Part shown: one piece after another, positions 1-9,226 of the stretch | How the letters are laid out: every line of letters starts with the position of its first letter | Numbering within the stretch: the stretch's first letter is position 1 | From: a virus | IMG/VR virus record: IMGVR_UViG_3300024265_000031 | Direction: 5' to 3' (one strand) | Length of the DNA: 64,000 bases | Program-made: the position numbers and the translations under genes | The notes under the pieces: model-generated | Database searches by the model: none | What the model saw: only the letters and a program-made list of their open reading frames with translations | Told to the model about the DNA's origin: nothing

Positions 1-143
1 TTCAATATGCATCGTTGGCCAAATACAAGCAGAGGAATATTGACAATTCCACAAAAAACATTCAATAAACACTCTACGAAATACATCCATAGCGGAATGG
101 TTTTCGCCACTCCTGAAAACACCTTTAGGTCTGTTATTTTCAT
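1..143 (-). CDS. hypothetical protein, truncated by window edge
   Basis: ATG at 143 next to the stop of the upstream ORF; reads MKITDLKVFSG... open to position 1. Confidence 0.5.
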   Translation of the reverse strand, partial: MKITDLKVFSGVAKTIPLWMYFVECLLNVFCGIVNIPLLVFGQRCIL

Positions 144-144
144 A

Positions 145-420
145 TTATTTGTTTTCCTTTTCTAAAGTCTTTTCTGCTTCATCAATATCAAACTCGTCAA
201 TATATTTTACCACATCCCAAAAATTATATCTTGGGTCAGGGGTAAGACTATAGGATCCAATTCTTTCAGTCCAAATATGTCCAAGTTTAGAGAAAAATCT
301 TATAAATATTTTATGATCGCACCATATTGTTATGGTGCTATCGAGATCAATTACGCTTTTGTCCTCATAATTATAAATCTTGTATTCTAATTTACTTATC
401 ATTTTTGGTGGTTTATTCAT
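145..420 (-). CDS. hypothetical phage protein
   Basis: 91-aa ORF with AGGAGG RBS. Confidence 0.7.
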   Translation of the reverse strand: MNKPPKMISKLEYKIYNYEDKSVIDLDSTITIWCDHKIFIRFFSKLGHIWTERIGSYSLTPDPRYNFWDVVKYIDEFDIDEAEKTLEKENK

Positions 421-451
421 TGTGCCTCCTTCAATGAAATGTACGTTTTAT

Positions 452-715
452 CTATCCCATAATGCTTTTAATATCATCAGGACTCAAGCCAGCCATTAAC
501 AATGTTGCCAAATTTTCATTACGCTCTCGTTCTTGATTGCCAGCCATTATTAGTAATCCCGCGACTACATCATCTTTTTTGGCATGGTTAGACTGTTTCA
601 TTTCCCTTGCCATAGCACCCATTAATATGACCATAGCATTAGGATTGTTTGGGTCATCCCACCTACATCCAGCTTCACGTTCTGCTCTTTCAATTAAATT
701 AGTTGCATTATTCAT
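452..715 (-). CDS. hypothetical phage protein
   Basis: 87-aa ORF with AAGGAG RBS. Confidence 0.7.
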   Translation of the reverse strand: MNNATNLIERAEREAGCRWDDPNNPNAMVILMGAMAREMKQSNHAKKDDVVAGLLIMAGNQERERNENLATLLMAGLSPDDIKSIMG

Positions 716-726
716 TGTATTTCTCC

Positions 727-927
727 TTATTCAATTGGATCTAAATCTCTTTGTACCATTTCCCATTGTGAATTAGCAACTAAAGCATTGGGTAGATCAA
801 GCTGGTGTTCAAATCCAGGCGTGCATTTAATCAACATCCATTCTCTATCTTCTTCGCTCATTTCGTTCCATTTCTTTTTGCTGATCTCAACTATTACTGT
901 TGCTTTTGCTAAAATAATTGTGTCCAT
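727..927 (-). CDS. hypothetical phage protein
   Basis: AAGGAG RBS, directly downstream of promoter 952-980. Confidence 0.7.
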   Translation of the reverse strand: MDTIILAKATVIVEISKKKWNEMSEEDREWMLIKCTPGFEHQLDLPNALVANSQWEMVQRDLDPIE

Positions 928-951
928 TGATTCTCCTTGTATCTTATTATA

Positions 952-980
952 AGTATATCAGATTACATATGTTATGTCAA
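952..980 (-). promoter_or_regulatory. sigma70/sigmaA-type early promoter
   Basis: TTGACA-17bp-TATACT. Confidence 0.8.
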
Positions 981-995
981 GATAAAATGACGATT

Positions 996-1259
996 TTATT
1001 GAATCTCATCAACCCTTTTTATTGTCTTGCAATTTTTTGCAATCATAAAACTTTTAATATAAACGCTGCCATTATCTGGTTGAGAAGAATTAGACCTAAG
1101 TGAATTGTTATCAATACCTAGAGGAATTGCATTGCCAGAATATATTGCATTTATACCATCTTGAAGATATTTTCCACTTATTGCTTCGCATTCACAATGT
1201 CTGGTTTTCATTCTTAGACCAAAAATATCTTTGCACCTTCTACAATATAATAATTTCAT
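996..1259 (-). CDS. hypothetical protein, Cys-rich (CxxC...CxC)
   Basis: 87-aa ORF MKLLYCRRCKD...HCEC, coupled to upstream ORF. Confidence 0.7.
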   Translation of the reverse strand: MKLLYCRRCKDIFGLRMKTRHCECEAISGKYLQDGINAIYSGNAIPLGIDNNSLRSNSSQPDNGSVYIKSFMIAKNCKTIKRVDEIQ

Positions 1260-1456
1260 TTTACAACTCTAATTCCCTTTGAGAGTGTTCTTATCATTTT
1301 TCCAAACCACCATAGTTGCATAAATCCCAATTTTCTGTTGAATGGCAATAAGAACAAATTTGTAATGCCACAAAAAATGTCAATTAAATTACCAATGGCT
1401 TGCATCCATTTTGGAACTTCATTCAATCTTGTTATTTTAAGAGGGTAGGGGATCAT
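1256..1456 (-). CDS. hypothetical protein
   Basis: start refined to MIPYP after a GGAG RBS. Confidence 0.55.
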   Translation of the reverse strand: MIPYPLKITRLNEVPKWMQAIGNLIDIFCGITNLFLLPFNRKLGFMQLWWFGKMIRTLSKGIRVVK

Positions 1457-1457
1457 A

Positions 1458-1805
1458 TTATTCTCCAAATAAAATAGTTGTTTTATCTGTGCCAATCAGA
1501 TCAGTTACACTTATTGTATCTGTTGGTATTTTGTTTTCAACATATTTCAGCATTTCTTCTGTTATTTCAAATTCCAACACTGGTACTTCATAAATTTCAA
1601 TTATACTACCAGGATATTGTTTATTTAATATCTTCAATACCATTCTGATATCTCGCACTGAACCTTTTCTTAAATGTTCTTTTGCTGTTGATGGTGTTAA
1701 AAACATATGGTGTTCAAAAATAAGCGGATTACTAAATCCTTCTAAGCCTTTACGTCTAATAATTGTTACTGTCCTAGTTGCATTATGTTTTTCTCTATAG
1801 TTCAT
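1458..1805 (-). CDS. hypothetical protein
   Basis: 115-aa ORF in the co-oriented cluster. Confidence 0.65.
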   Translation of the reverse strand: MNYREKHNATRTVTIIRRKGLEGFSNPLIFEHHMFLTPSTAKEHLRKGSVRDIRMVLKILNKQYPGSIIEIYEVPVLEFEITEEMLKYVENKIPTDTISVTDLIGTDKTTILFGE

Positions 1806-1863
1806 AGTATTATGTATATATTCTTATATACTTCTCCTTTACGTATATCGAAATATGGGAAAA

Positions 1864-2085
1864 TTATACACATGGAATTTCTGGCAATATGGCAGATATC
1901 CATAAACCACTATTTTTGCTTTTGTTATGTGGATAGAAAAAATGTCCTTCTCTTACAAATGATATCTCATTATTCCCTTGCCACCCACGTACTAAACACA
2001 GAGATGGCTTTTCTCCAGCGTATTCTTGTCCATACCACCAATAAATTCCTGGTTTAGTAGGTATTTTTTTTGACCATGTATTCAT
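1864..2085 (-). CDS. hypothetical phage protein
   Basis: AGGAG RBS; W..P..PG.YW N-terminal pattern typical of small phage proteins. Confidence 0.7.
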   Translation of the reverse strand: MNTWSKKIPTKPGIYWWYGQEYAGEKPSLCLVRGWQGNNEISFVREGHFFYPHNKSKNSGLWISAILPEIPCV

Positions 2086-2109
2086 ATTTCTCCTAGATAA
2101 AACAATTTT

Positions 2110-2301
2110 TTACCTAATATTTTCTAATTCTAACAGCCTGTTATTTATCCAACGTCTTCTTTTTGGCGAACAAGCATACCTTTCTGACTCTAAAGATTTT
2201 TTTTCTCCCTTTAATGATTCATGTAACAAAAAATTGAATGCCAACGGATAATTTTTTAGAAATTTTTGCCAAGCATTATAAGACACGTATTTTATTTGCA
2301 T
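2110..2301 (-). CDS. hypothetical protein
   Basis: 63-aa ORF with AAGGA RBS. Confidence 0.6.
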   Translation of the reverse strand: MQIKYVSYNAWQKFLKNYPLAFNFLLHESLKGEKKSLESERYACSPKRRRWINNRLLELENIR

Positions 2302-2331
2302 TTATATATCCTTCCAGATAAAATCAATCTT

Positions 2332-2517
2332 TTATTTAACATACATTAAATCTATAGCTACAGATAAATCAAAAGTTTCTTCAAACCAACGCCAAATATC
2401 TTCTCTGGGTGTTCCTGGCTCAAACTCCAAAACCCACTCTTCGATTTTTTCATCATCGTTAATTGGAATATCGCCCAATAATTGCCAAAGTTCTTTTGCT
2501 TCCTCTAATTTATTCAT
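2332..2517 (-). CDS. hypothetical phage protein
   Basis: AGGAG RBS; LW..LGDIP...F..GT.REDIW.WFEE.F pattern. Confidence 0.7.
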   Translation of the reverse strand: MNKLEEAKELWQLLGDIPINDDEKIEEWVLEFEPGTPREDIWRWFEETFDLSVAIDLMYVK

Positions 2518-2545
2518 GTTGTTCTCCTAAGATAAAATGGATCTT

Positions 2546-2800
2546 TTATTTGGGATACATTTCCATTGCGTGAATTTGAATACATGAAGTGCCTTTTTTT
2601 ACATGTTCCATAACACCATCAATTTGACCCCTTTCATACAAATATTCTTCTGCAACTGCATGATTAATTTGTTTGATTTGACATCCAGTTCTTGAACAAT
2701 CAATTATAAATACTGGCAAACCTTCTCCATGTTTTTTAATAAGGTGATTGACAACGCTTTTTAATTCACCTAAAGTCATTGTTATGTCTTCAACTTTCAT
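2546..2800 (-). CDS. hypothetical protein
   Basis: start refined to MKVED after AAGGAG. Confidence 0.65.
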   Translation of the reverse strand: MKVEDITMTLGELKSVVNHLIKKHGEGLPVFIIDCSRTGCQIKQINHAVAEEYLYERGQIDGVMEHVKKGTSCIQIHAMEMYPK

Positions 2801-2829
2801 GTTGTTCTCCTTCAAATGAAATAAACCTT

Positions 2830-3120
2830 TTATTCAGTATATCCAAAATCTTGAACATATCCAAAAAACATATCACGCGGATCTCCTGCTCGTTCAATTT
2901 TTGAAATAAGAAATCTTGCTGTTTTTCCACTTTCCATTTTTGCTCTTAACTCATCACCAATGCTAGGGATGGGTGTCATATGTCCTGTTATGCGTCTTGA
3001 GTTCCAATCAGAAAAATATATTGAGTTTCCCCAACCGCTATGGTTACTCATATTTATAATTGTTCCAGTTAGTGGTGGTCGTCTAACTTTCTTTTTGAAA
3101 ATTTTATTAAGTAATTTCAT
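2830..3120 (-). CDS. hypothetical protein
   Basis: start refined to MKLLNK after AAGGAG. Confidence 0.65.
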   Translation of the reverse strand: MKLLNKIFKKKVRRPPLTGTIINMSNHSGWGNSIYFSDWNSRRITGHMTPIPSIGDELRAKMESGKTARFLISKIERAGDPRDMFFGYVQDFGYTE

Positions 3121-3149
3121 TTTTATCTCCTTCAGATAAAATAGACCTT

Positions 3150-3299
3150 TTATTTCCAGCGATATTCTACTGACTGGCAACTAATCCATAGCGGAATAAT
3201 TCCCAATAGAAAATATCCGTGCCATTTGCGTTCTACAAAATTGCCAAACGACTTTATTTTTGTCTTTCTTTCTGTTATCCATATATTTTTTATAATCAT
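3150..3299 (-). CDS. small hypothetical protein (49 aa, below ORF-track cutoff)
   Basis: MIIKNIWITE...W.GYFLLGIIPLWI...; fills the gap between two junction palindromes. Confidence 0.55.
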   Translation of the reverse strand: MIIKNIWITERKTKIKSFGNFVERKWHGYFLLGIIPLWISCQSVEYRWK

Positions 3300-3330
3300 A
3301 GTATTTTTCTCAATAAAACAGACATTTCAT

Positions 3331-3549
3331 TTAAAAATTCTTTAAATTTTTATATGTTTCTTTTACATATCCATAACTACTCATAACATTTTCCATAGCC
3401 ACATAATGCAAAGTGCTTATGGGAATGTCTTGGTCAGTATCTAATGCTCCACAATATAAAAGTTTCTTAACTTCATTGGCAAATTTTTCTGTTATTTGTG
3501 CTAAAAATCTTTCCATGTGTATTGAGTCTAGGTATTCTTTTCTGTTCAT
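3331..3549 (-). CDS. hypothetical protein
   Basis: 72-aa ORF with AAGGA RBS. Confidence 0.65.
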   Translation of the reverse strand: MNRKEYLDSIHMERFLAQITEKFANEVKKLLYCGALDTDQDIPISTLHYVAMENVMSSYGYVKETYKNLKNF

Positions 3550-3573
3550 ATGTATTTTCCTTGTTTGATTTTA

Positions 3574-3598
3574 TGTGGAGGGATTTGCACCCTCCACA
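3574..3598. terminator. GC-rich hairpin after the 680/129-aa gene pair
   Basis: TGTGGAGGG-7nt-CCCTCCACA; no clear U-tract. Confidence 0.45.
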
Positions 3599-3608
3599 CA
3601 AACTAAAA

Positions 3609-3998
3609 TTATCCTAGCCTGTCAAGCATTTCTTCCAATTCCTCCATTGTCTTACCTTCCAACGCAGCATCTTGCTTTGATGCCATGATTGCCATAATTT
3701 TTTGCTTTTGTTCTCGTCTTTCTTTTGCTAGAAGGCGTGTTGCTGTTTCCTCCTGTTTTACTGTTACAACATGCTTGACAACCTCAATTCTGAGTGCCAA
3801 TTCCCTATCTTCTTTTGTCTGCTTATCAAGCAAGCTTTCCTCATTGGCGCGTCTCAGTTGGGAATTAAGAGACTTGAAAATTCCATCCAAATTTTCAACG
3901 GACAAATCCCACAAATCTTCCGTTGAGATTGATCCCAAGTAAGGAAATCGTGCTTTTGATCGTGTTGCTACTTCAAATATATTCTGTTTTTTTGCCAT
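3609..3998 (-). CDS. conserved phage coiled-coil protein
   Basis: 129 aa; R...RFP..G.IS.EDLWDL motif with helical C-terminus. Confidence 0.8.
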   Translation of the reverse strand: MAKKQNIFEVATRSKARFPYLGSISTEDLWDLSVENLDGIFKSLNSQLRRANEESLLDKQTKEDRELALRIEVVKHVVTVKQEETATRLLAKERREQKQKIMAIMASKQDAALEGKTMEELEEMLDRLG

Positions 3999-4013
3999 TT
4001 TTTGTATTCTCCT

Positions 4014-6056
4014 TTAGAATCGTACTTTGATTACTCTTTCTGATTGACCCTTTACTTTGACTACTAGTTCATTTCTTCTGGTTGACGAAAATCCAACACC
4101 AGATAACTGATCGTTAACATCTTTTACTGCCATTCTTCCGCCTAATGCTTCAAATACTCTCTTATGTCTTAATAAATCCTCCTTTAAGAATTCATTGTAG
4201 AACCCGTTTGGATTTTCTGTATTGACACAATCTTTTAACATGAACAGGTAGTGCCTGTTGCCAATTCCACTCTGCTCATCCCAATAGTTAGGTGAGAACA
4301 TTACTACAGATACAGGAATAAACTGATTTGTTTTCAATCCCCATGCTTCTCTGGAAGATACATTTGAAGGTAGTTTTTCCTTGATTGTAAAACCTTCCTC
4401 ATTTAATGTAACTTCTGCTACTTGAACCCTTTCATTTTGTCTTAGTTCTTCACCATAGTCAAATGAGAATATTTGTCCGTCATATTCTATTTCTGCTCTA
4501 AAACCCTCTCTTCCGCCGCGATTAGCAAACTGAAGAACAAAAAATTTATAAACACCTGATTCCATTTGATCTTTGTTGATCCAAGTGATGTTTTCAACCG
4601 CAACAGTATTTGGTTTTGGACGTTGTATGTCAACATCAAGTCTTCCGCTTGTTGATAAATTTCTTAGATTTCTAAAGAAAATTTCATTTCCTCCAGGTTC
4701 AATACAGTGTGCATCTAAATCATTTTTATCATGATCTCCTGCGTCATTCCATTGAATTGAAAACCTGAGAATACCTTCAACATTGCCACCAGCAGATTTT
4801 ACTCTTTTTTTCATAGAACTGTCTGTTATGTTGCCAGAATAAGCCCAACTGAATGCATTATTCCATTTAAACATTGTTGGAGAATCGCCATTTTCTGGAG
4901 CGATCAAAGATACAAGATTTGGCGAATGCTTATTCTCAAAGAAAACTTCAATTTCTTGTGCCGTAGGAAGTACACCAGAAACAAAATCCTCTATAGAAAC
5001 TTCCTCAATTTTTGAAAACTTTTTTGGGTTGATGGAGACATCTACAATCATTTCTTCAAAAACATCTTCGCCACTGATTCTTCTAGATGCATCTCTATTT
5101 GAAAACAGTATATTGTTAACGGTAATGTTATCAAGCTTTGCATAACGCCTGTTTAAAGACTTTAAATATCCAAGTTCTTCAACTGTCTTTTTGGCTTCTT
5201 CTAACATCTTCTTGGTGAAAATAGCCTTTGGCCGTTTGTAGTTTGATGGTGCTACAATAACTTCATACTTCTTTACCGCAACATCTAAATCCATATCTTC
5301 ACTAACATTGATAAGCAGAGTACCAATACTATGATTTCTAATCCTTCCAATTGCCATGCCAGCTTTAACAGACTGTTCCCAAGCATAGTTTTCTTCTTGT
5401 TCTTGGGTTTGCAACTTGTCATAGGATTTTTTCAATTTTAAGAATTGTGTTAATACGCCTTTCCACTCTTCTCCCTTGTATAAAGAGTTTTGAGCAATCA
5501 GTTCCAGGATGGTTTCAATGCTATCTCTTGTAATCTCGTCCAACGACCTCTTGAACACATTCTTTGTGGCTTCGTATGATCCTCTAATATCCCCCAATGT
5601 TCGTCCTGTATTATTGACAAATTTGTCTGGTAAATCCAAAAAGAAATGATGCCATTCAATAATCTTTCCATCATCATCCTCAAAGTTCTTGTCTGTTCCC
5701 ATCTTTTTTACTTTGCTGAGATGGATGCCAGCAATAATTTTAGATTTTATATATGTGTTCAATGCATCAATAACAGGCTGATATCTTGAGTTGTTGGTAT
5801 CAAAATCCCAAATTGTCTTTACTTGGTTGTTATGAATGGCAACTACACCACCCATAGTCTTAATGAAGTGTCTACAACAAGAGCAATCATGATCTCTCCT
5901 CTCTCTGTAGACTTCATTTGTACCTGGAGCAAAGCTATCTAGATAAAGATTCCACATCTCATCTTTATCTAACTCAACTTCAAATAGATGGGTTGAATTT
6001 TTTGTTGTTTGTTCGAAATTCTTTTGAAATAAATTTTTGAATTCTTTAAATTCCAT
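4014..6056 (-). CDS. large conserved phage protein with a YfaP/DUF2135-like C-terminal domain
   Basis: 680 aa; N-terminal HDCSCCRHF; DLDAHCIEP.G.EI...G.LDVD...VENI.W motif; own promoter and RBS. Confidence 0.7.
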   Translation of the reverse strand: MEFKEFKNLFQKNFEQTTKNSTHLFEVELDKDEMWNLYLDSFAPGTNEVYRERRDHDCSCCRHFIKTMGGVVAIHNNQVKTIWDFDTNNSRYQPVIDALNTYIKSKIIAGIHLSKVKKMGTDKNFEDDDGKIIEWHHFFLDLPDKFVNNTGRTLGDIRGSYEATKNVFKRSLDEITRDSIETILELIAQNSLYKGEEWKGVLTQFLKLKKSYDKLQTQEQEENYAWEQSVKAGMAIGRIRNHSIGTLLINVSEDMDLDVAVKKYEVIVAPSNYKRPKAIFTKKMLEEAKKTVEELGYLKSLNRRYAKLDNITVNNILFSNRDASRRISGEDVFEEMIVDVSINPKKFSKIEEVSIEDFVSGVLPTAQEIEVFFENKHSPNLVSLIAPENGDSPTMFKWNNAFSWAYSGNITDSSMKKRVKSAGGNVEGILRFSIQWNDAGDHDKNDLDAHCIEPGGNEIFFRNLRNLSTSGRLDVDIQRPKPNTVAVENITWINKDQMESGVYKFFVLQFANRGGREGFRAEIEYDGQIFSFDYGEELRQNERVQVAEVTLNEEGFTIKEKLPSNVSSREAWGLKTNQFIPVSVVMFSPNYWDEQSGIGNRHYLFMLKDCVNTENPNGFYNEFLKEDLLRHKRVFEALGGRMAVKDVNDQLSGVGFSSTRRNELVVKVKGQSERVIKVRF

Positions 6057-6076
6057 TTGTTTCTCCTTGTTTTATA

Positions 6077-6105
6077 ATTGTATCAGATTTGATTTGTTAT
6101 GTCAA
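6077..6105 (-). promoter_or_regulatory. sigma70/sigmaA-type early promoter
   Basis: TTGACA-17bp-TACAAT. Confidence 0.8.
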
Positions 6106-6108
6106 GTT

Positions 6109-6531
6109 TTATTTATAATCATCATATATTTTTTGTAAGTGTGGATGTAGCTTCTTTTTGTATCCCAACCAATACCATTGCAAATTGCGATAAAGCTTTA
6201 TAATCCACCACCTATTGATTTTCTCATCAAAGTGTGTATAAAACCAATCCCATGAAAAAATTGCTTCAGAACTGTCTTCCCAATTGAATACTTTTCTTGT
6301 AGCTTCCCAATCTATAGTATAAAACCCTCCATCCTCATCCCAATAGGCTACGTTTTCAGGTAAACAATTTTTACATACATAAGTATCACGCAATGGTCTT
6401 TCATATTCATCGTTGGGATCTAAGCAATGTTCTGCCGTATTTGTAAATCTTCTTTTTTCGCCTAGCGTAAGTACCTGCTTACATTTTGGACAACGATTTT
6501 TAAGTTTTGTGTGTAAGTTGTTAATTCTCAT
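6109..6531 (-). CDS. hypothetical zinc-ribbon protein
   Basis: CPKC...CKNC. Confidence 0.65.
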   Translation of the reverse strand: MRINNLHTKLKNRCPKCKQVLTLGEKRRFTNTAEHCLDPNDEYERPLRDTYVCKNCLPENVAYWDEDGGFYTIDWEATRKVFNWEDSSEAIFSWDWFYTHFDEKINRWWIIKLYRNLQWYWLGYKKKLHPHLQKIYDDYK

Positions 6532-6561
6532 TGCATATTCCTTTCAGATAAAATTAGTCTT

Positions 6562-6879
6562 TTATTTGTCAAATTTATCATTTAATTTTTCCATTACCAT
6601 CTGCAAAATCTCTTCTTTTTTCAATACCATCCTAGTATTCATTCTTACATTTTGTCCTAAAATATGTCGAGCAGTACTAATAATGTCAGGTATTTTCTTT
6701 TTGTTCTCACATTCTTTTAGTTTCTGCAAGATTAAATATATGCCATCCATCAAATGTTCATGTCGTTCTACCATATTATTCTTTTTATGTTCAGAAATTA
6801 TTAGCTTACCTGTTGTTATTTTAAGTTTCTTTTTTAGCACTTCATTTTCTTTTTGTAGGGTTTTTGTTTTCAACCACAT
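6562..6879 (-). CDS. hypothetical protein
   Basis: 105-aa ORF with AAGGA RBS. Confidence 0.6.
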   Translation of the reverse strand: MWLKTKTLQKENEVLKKKLKITTGKLIISEHKKNNMVERHEHLMDGIYLILQKLKECENKKKIPDIISTARHILGQNVRMNTRMVLKKEEILQMVMEKLNDKFDK

Positions 6880-6915
6880 AATATTTTCCTTTCAAGATAA
6901 AATTGTCGTTTTATT

Positions 6916-7089
6916 TTAGTCTTTCGTTTGTGCTGGAATTTCTTCTGCCTTGATTACATGAAAATCTTGGCAGTCTTCCTTTCCATCTAGTTCTCCCGCT
7001 AAAACTTTATCAATTGCGCTAGATATATCAATTGCTTCAACTTCATAATAGAATTCCACCACTTGTTCTGCTATTATTTTGAATTTCAT
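6916..7089 (-). CDS. hypothetical protein
   Basis: start refined to MKFKI after AAGGAG. Confidence 0.65.
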   Translation of the reverse strand: MKFKIIAEQVVEFYYEVEAIDISSAIDKVLAGELDGKEDCQDFHVIKAEEIPAQTKD

Positions 7090-7118
7090 TTTATTCTCCT
7101 TGTATATTTTGTTATTCA

Positions 7119-7191
7119 AGCCCGTAGTAGGATTTGAACCTACATTCTCCTATTTCGAAGATAGTTGCTGATCCAGTTTAGCTATACGGGC
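7119..7191 (-). tRNA. tRNA-Arg(UCG), no encoded CCA
   Basis: GCCCGTA/TACGGGC acceptor stem, CT-TCG-AA anticodon loop, GTAGG-TTCAAAT-CCTAC T arm. Confidence 0.85.
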
Positions 7192-7193
7192 AA

Positions 7194-7268
7194 AGTCCGT
7201 GACAGGATTCGAACCTGCATAACTTTCTCCTTAGAAGGGAGATGTTCATCCTCTTGAACTACACGGAC
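7194..7268 (-). tRNA. tRNA-Arg(UCU), no encoded CCA
   Basis: GTCCGTG/CACGGAC acceptor stem, TCTCC-CT-TCT-AA-GGAGA anticodon arm, GGTTCGAATCC T arm. Confidence 0.9.
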
Positions 7269-7274
7269 GTTAGA

Positions 7275-7349
7275 TGCGCCTGGGAGGATTTGAACCTCGC
7301 GACTCTTGGCTTAAAAGGCCACTACTCTACCAGACTGAGTTACAGGCGC
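7275..7349 (-). tRNA. tRNA-Lys(UUU), no encoded CCA
   Basis: GCGCCTG/CAGGCGC acceptor stem, TGGC-CT-TTT-AA-GCCA anticodon arm, GGTTCAAATCC T arm. Confidence 0.9.
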
Positions 7350-7365
7350 AAATGAAATGGTCATT

Positions 7366-7629
7366 TTATTGGTAACATTCTCGTTTATCAAGACTTGTGC
7401 TTTCAAGAGAAATTCTTCTGGGATCTTCTTTGTTGATATCATCCCAAATTAAAAGCTGTAGTTCACCATCAAACACTTCAAGAGTGACAAGAATGTTTTG
7501 GTTTGTAAAAGTACCATACCCATCAGCAGAAATATCTATGCCGTCACCATTGCTTCCAATTACCATTTTTATTCTTACTTCTTTGGGTGTTATCTCATCT
7601 TTCAAAATTTCTTCAGTCCATTTTGCCAT
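7366..7629 (-). CDS. hypothetical protein
   Basis: 87-aa ORF with AGGAG RBS. Confidence 0.7.
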   Translation of the reverse strand: MAKWTEEILKDEITPKEVRIKMVIGSNGDGIDISADGYGTFTNQNILVTLEVFDGELQLLIWDDINKEDPRRISLESTSLDKRECYQ

Positions 7630-7630
7630 G

Positions 7631-7894
7631 TTATTCTCCTAATGCATCCAAGCATTGTTCAAGCGCTTTTGGATCACTTTGTTCTAAGTACTCTCTAATA
7701 TGTGGTGTGAGTATGATTACTTTCAATGCCTTTACCATGTTGTTGCGCCTTATTGGATGTTCAATTGCCGTTACTTCTTCCATCGTATAAGGATTTTTAT
7801 TACCAGAAATCCAATTGCGTTCTATATAATTTTTTGCACATTGCTGGTTTACCAATGTTGCTACTGGTTGGCCTAATTTTTTTACTATAACCAT
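7631..7894 (-). CDS. hypothetical protein
   Basis: 87-aa ORF with AAGGA RBS. Confidence 0.65.
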   Translation of the reverse strand: MVIVKKLGQPVATLVNQQCAKNYIERNWISGNKNPYTMEEVTAIEHPIRRNNMVKALKVIILTPHIREYLEQSDPKALEQCLDALGE

Positions 7895-8100
7895 TTTATT
7901 TTCCTTTTTAGTTATGTTATCCTTTCAAAATCTTCTGTTATTATTATGTTTGATTCTTGTGACCTGGGATCAAACCACATTGGTTGCATATCGCGCTCTT
8001 CAATTTCTTCAGCAATAGAATCTCTAGTTCCCTCCCAATCTATTCTATATAAGTCTATCAAGTTATTTTCTATACTCCAATTCATTTTATCTCCATTGTT

Positions 8101-8129
8101 ATTGTAGCATACCTCAAGGCGAATGTCAA
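8101..8129 (-). promoter_or_regulatory. early promoter upstream of the tRNA-containing unit
   Basis: TTGACA-17bp-TACAAT with extended -10 TG. Confidence 0.8.
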
Positions 8130-8153
8130 GTAAAAATGGTGTTGTGATAAAAT

Positions 8154-8390
8154 CTAGCTTTCATCTATGGATTTTGCATTTTGAAAATCTTGAAACATAC
8201 AGTGATTGAATTTTTGATTCAACATTTTTTCAATGTTCTCATCTGTTATGATTGTTTCAAGTTTATATAATACTAATCTTGTTTGAGGCAAACATTTTTT
8301 TATTTCTTTAAATGTTTGTTTTGCTTTATCTTCATCAAAATAATAATGTGTGTTTAGAGTTCCCGTTATCCAATATATTGTTTTTTTCAT
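8154..8390 (-). CDS. hypothetical protein
   Basis: 78-aa ORF, coupled to upstream ORF. Confidence 0.6.
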   Translation of the reverse strand: MKKTIYWITGTLNTHYYFDEDKAKQTFKEIKKCLPQTRLVLYKLETIITDENIEKMLNQKFNHCMFQDFQNAKSIDES

Positions 8391-8392
8391 TA

Positions 8393-8788
8393 TTATCCTT
8401 CGCTATGCCCACCCATACTAATAGCCATAAGATTAGAAATTGTTCCATCCCTATCTAATCCATCTGTATAATCCACATATCCACATCTTTTATCTGTGGG
8501 TGTCATCAATGCCCATTCGCATTCACTGAACAATTCTTTATACATTGCTTCAACTTCTGATTCTGTGGGATCAACTTTACCTGGATAGTCAGAGTCAAAA
8601 TACTCACCACAATTCTGACAAAACATATCGCAACCGTCTTCATTTTCTCCTTTTTCATCCTCATATAAATCGAAAAGGTGTTGTGCATCAGCATCAATAT
8701 CATCATGATACCAATGTGCTTCACAATTAGGACAAAGCGTATATGGTTCTTTGTTATTTTGATATTCTGATTGCATTTTTATTCTCAT
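8393..8788 (-). CDS. acidic zinc-ribbon protein
   Basis: start refined to MRIKMQ after GGAGG; CPNC...CQNC. Confidence 0.65.
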   Translation of the reverse strand: MRIKMQSEYQNNKEPYTLCPNCEAHWYHDDIDADAQHLFDLYEDEKGENEDGCDMFCQNCGEYFDSDYPGKVDPTESEVEAMYKELFSECEWALMTPTDKRCGYVDYTDGLDRDGTISNLMAISMGGHSEG

Positions 8789-8789
8789 G

Positions 8790-9005
8790 TTATCCTCCAA
8801 ACCTAGTTGGGTGTGTCTGAATGGGTTTGCCCAATTTCCAATTGAGCAAATCAATTTGGTCACCATTAGAAATATATTCTTGTTCTACTCGTGTTAATGT
8901 ATCAAAAGGGTCTTCATCGTTTGTGCCACAAAATGAATCACCCATTATCTCTTCAATTTCTTGTTGTCTAGCCAAAAGTTGTTCAAGCTTTTCTTTATCT
9001 GACAT
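8790..9005 (-). CDS. hypothetical protein
   Basis: AAGGAG RBS lies inside a junction palindrome. Confidence 0.65.
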   Translation of the reverse strand: MSDKEKLEQLLARQQEIEEIMGDSFCGTNDEDPFDTLTRVEQEYISNGDQIDLLNWKLGKPIQTHPTRFGG

Positions 9006-9017
9006 AAAATGCTCCTT

Positions 9018-9203
9018 TTATCTGGAATATTGAGTATTGGAAGTTGCAACAACTAAATGAATATAGTCACACGTATCGCATGTTTGGTTTCCATTTGTTG
9101 GGTTGTAATTTTCCAATTGTAATTCTAAACATTTTGGACACGCCCACGCATATTCATCCTCGCCGTTATATTTTCCTACTTGAATTAATTCTGCTGTTTT
9201 CAT
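9018..9203 (-). CDS. small zinc-ribbon protein
   Basis: CPKC...CDTC; AGGAG RBS. Confidence 0.65.
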   Translation of the reverse strand: MKTAELIQVGKYNGEDEYAWACPKCLELQLENYNPTNGNQTCDTCDYIHLVVATSNTQYSR

Positions 9204-9226
9204 TTTATTCTCCTAGTCTACATTCA

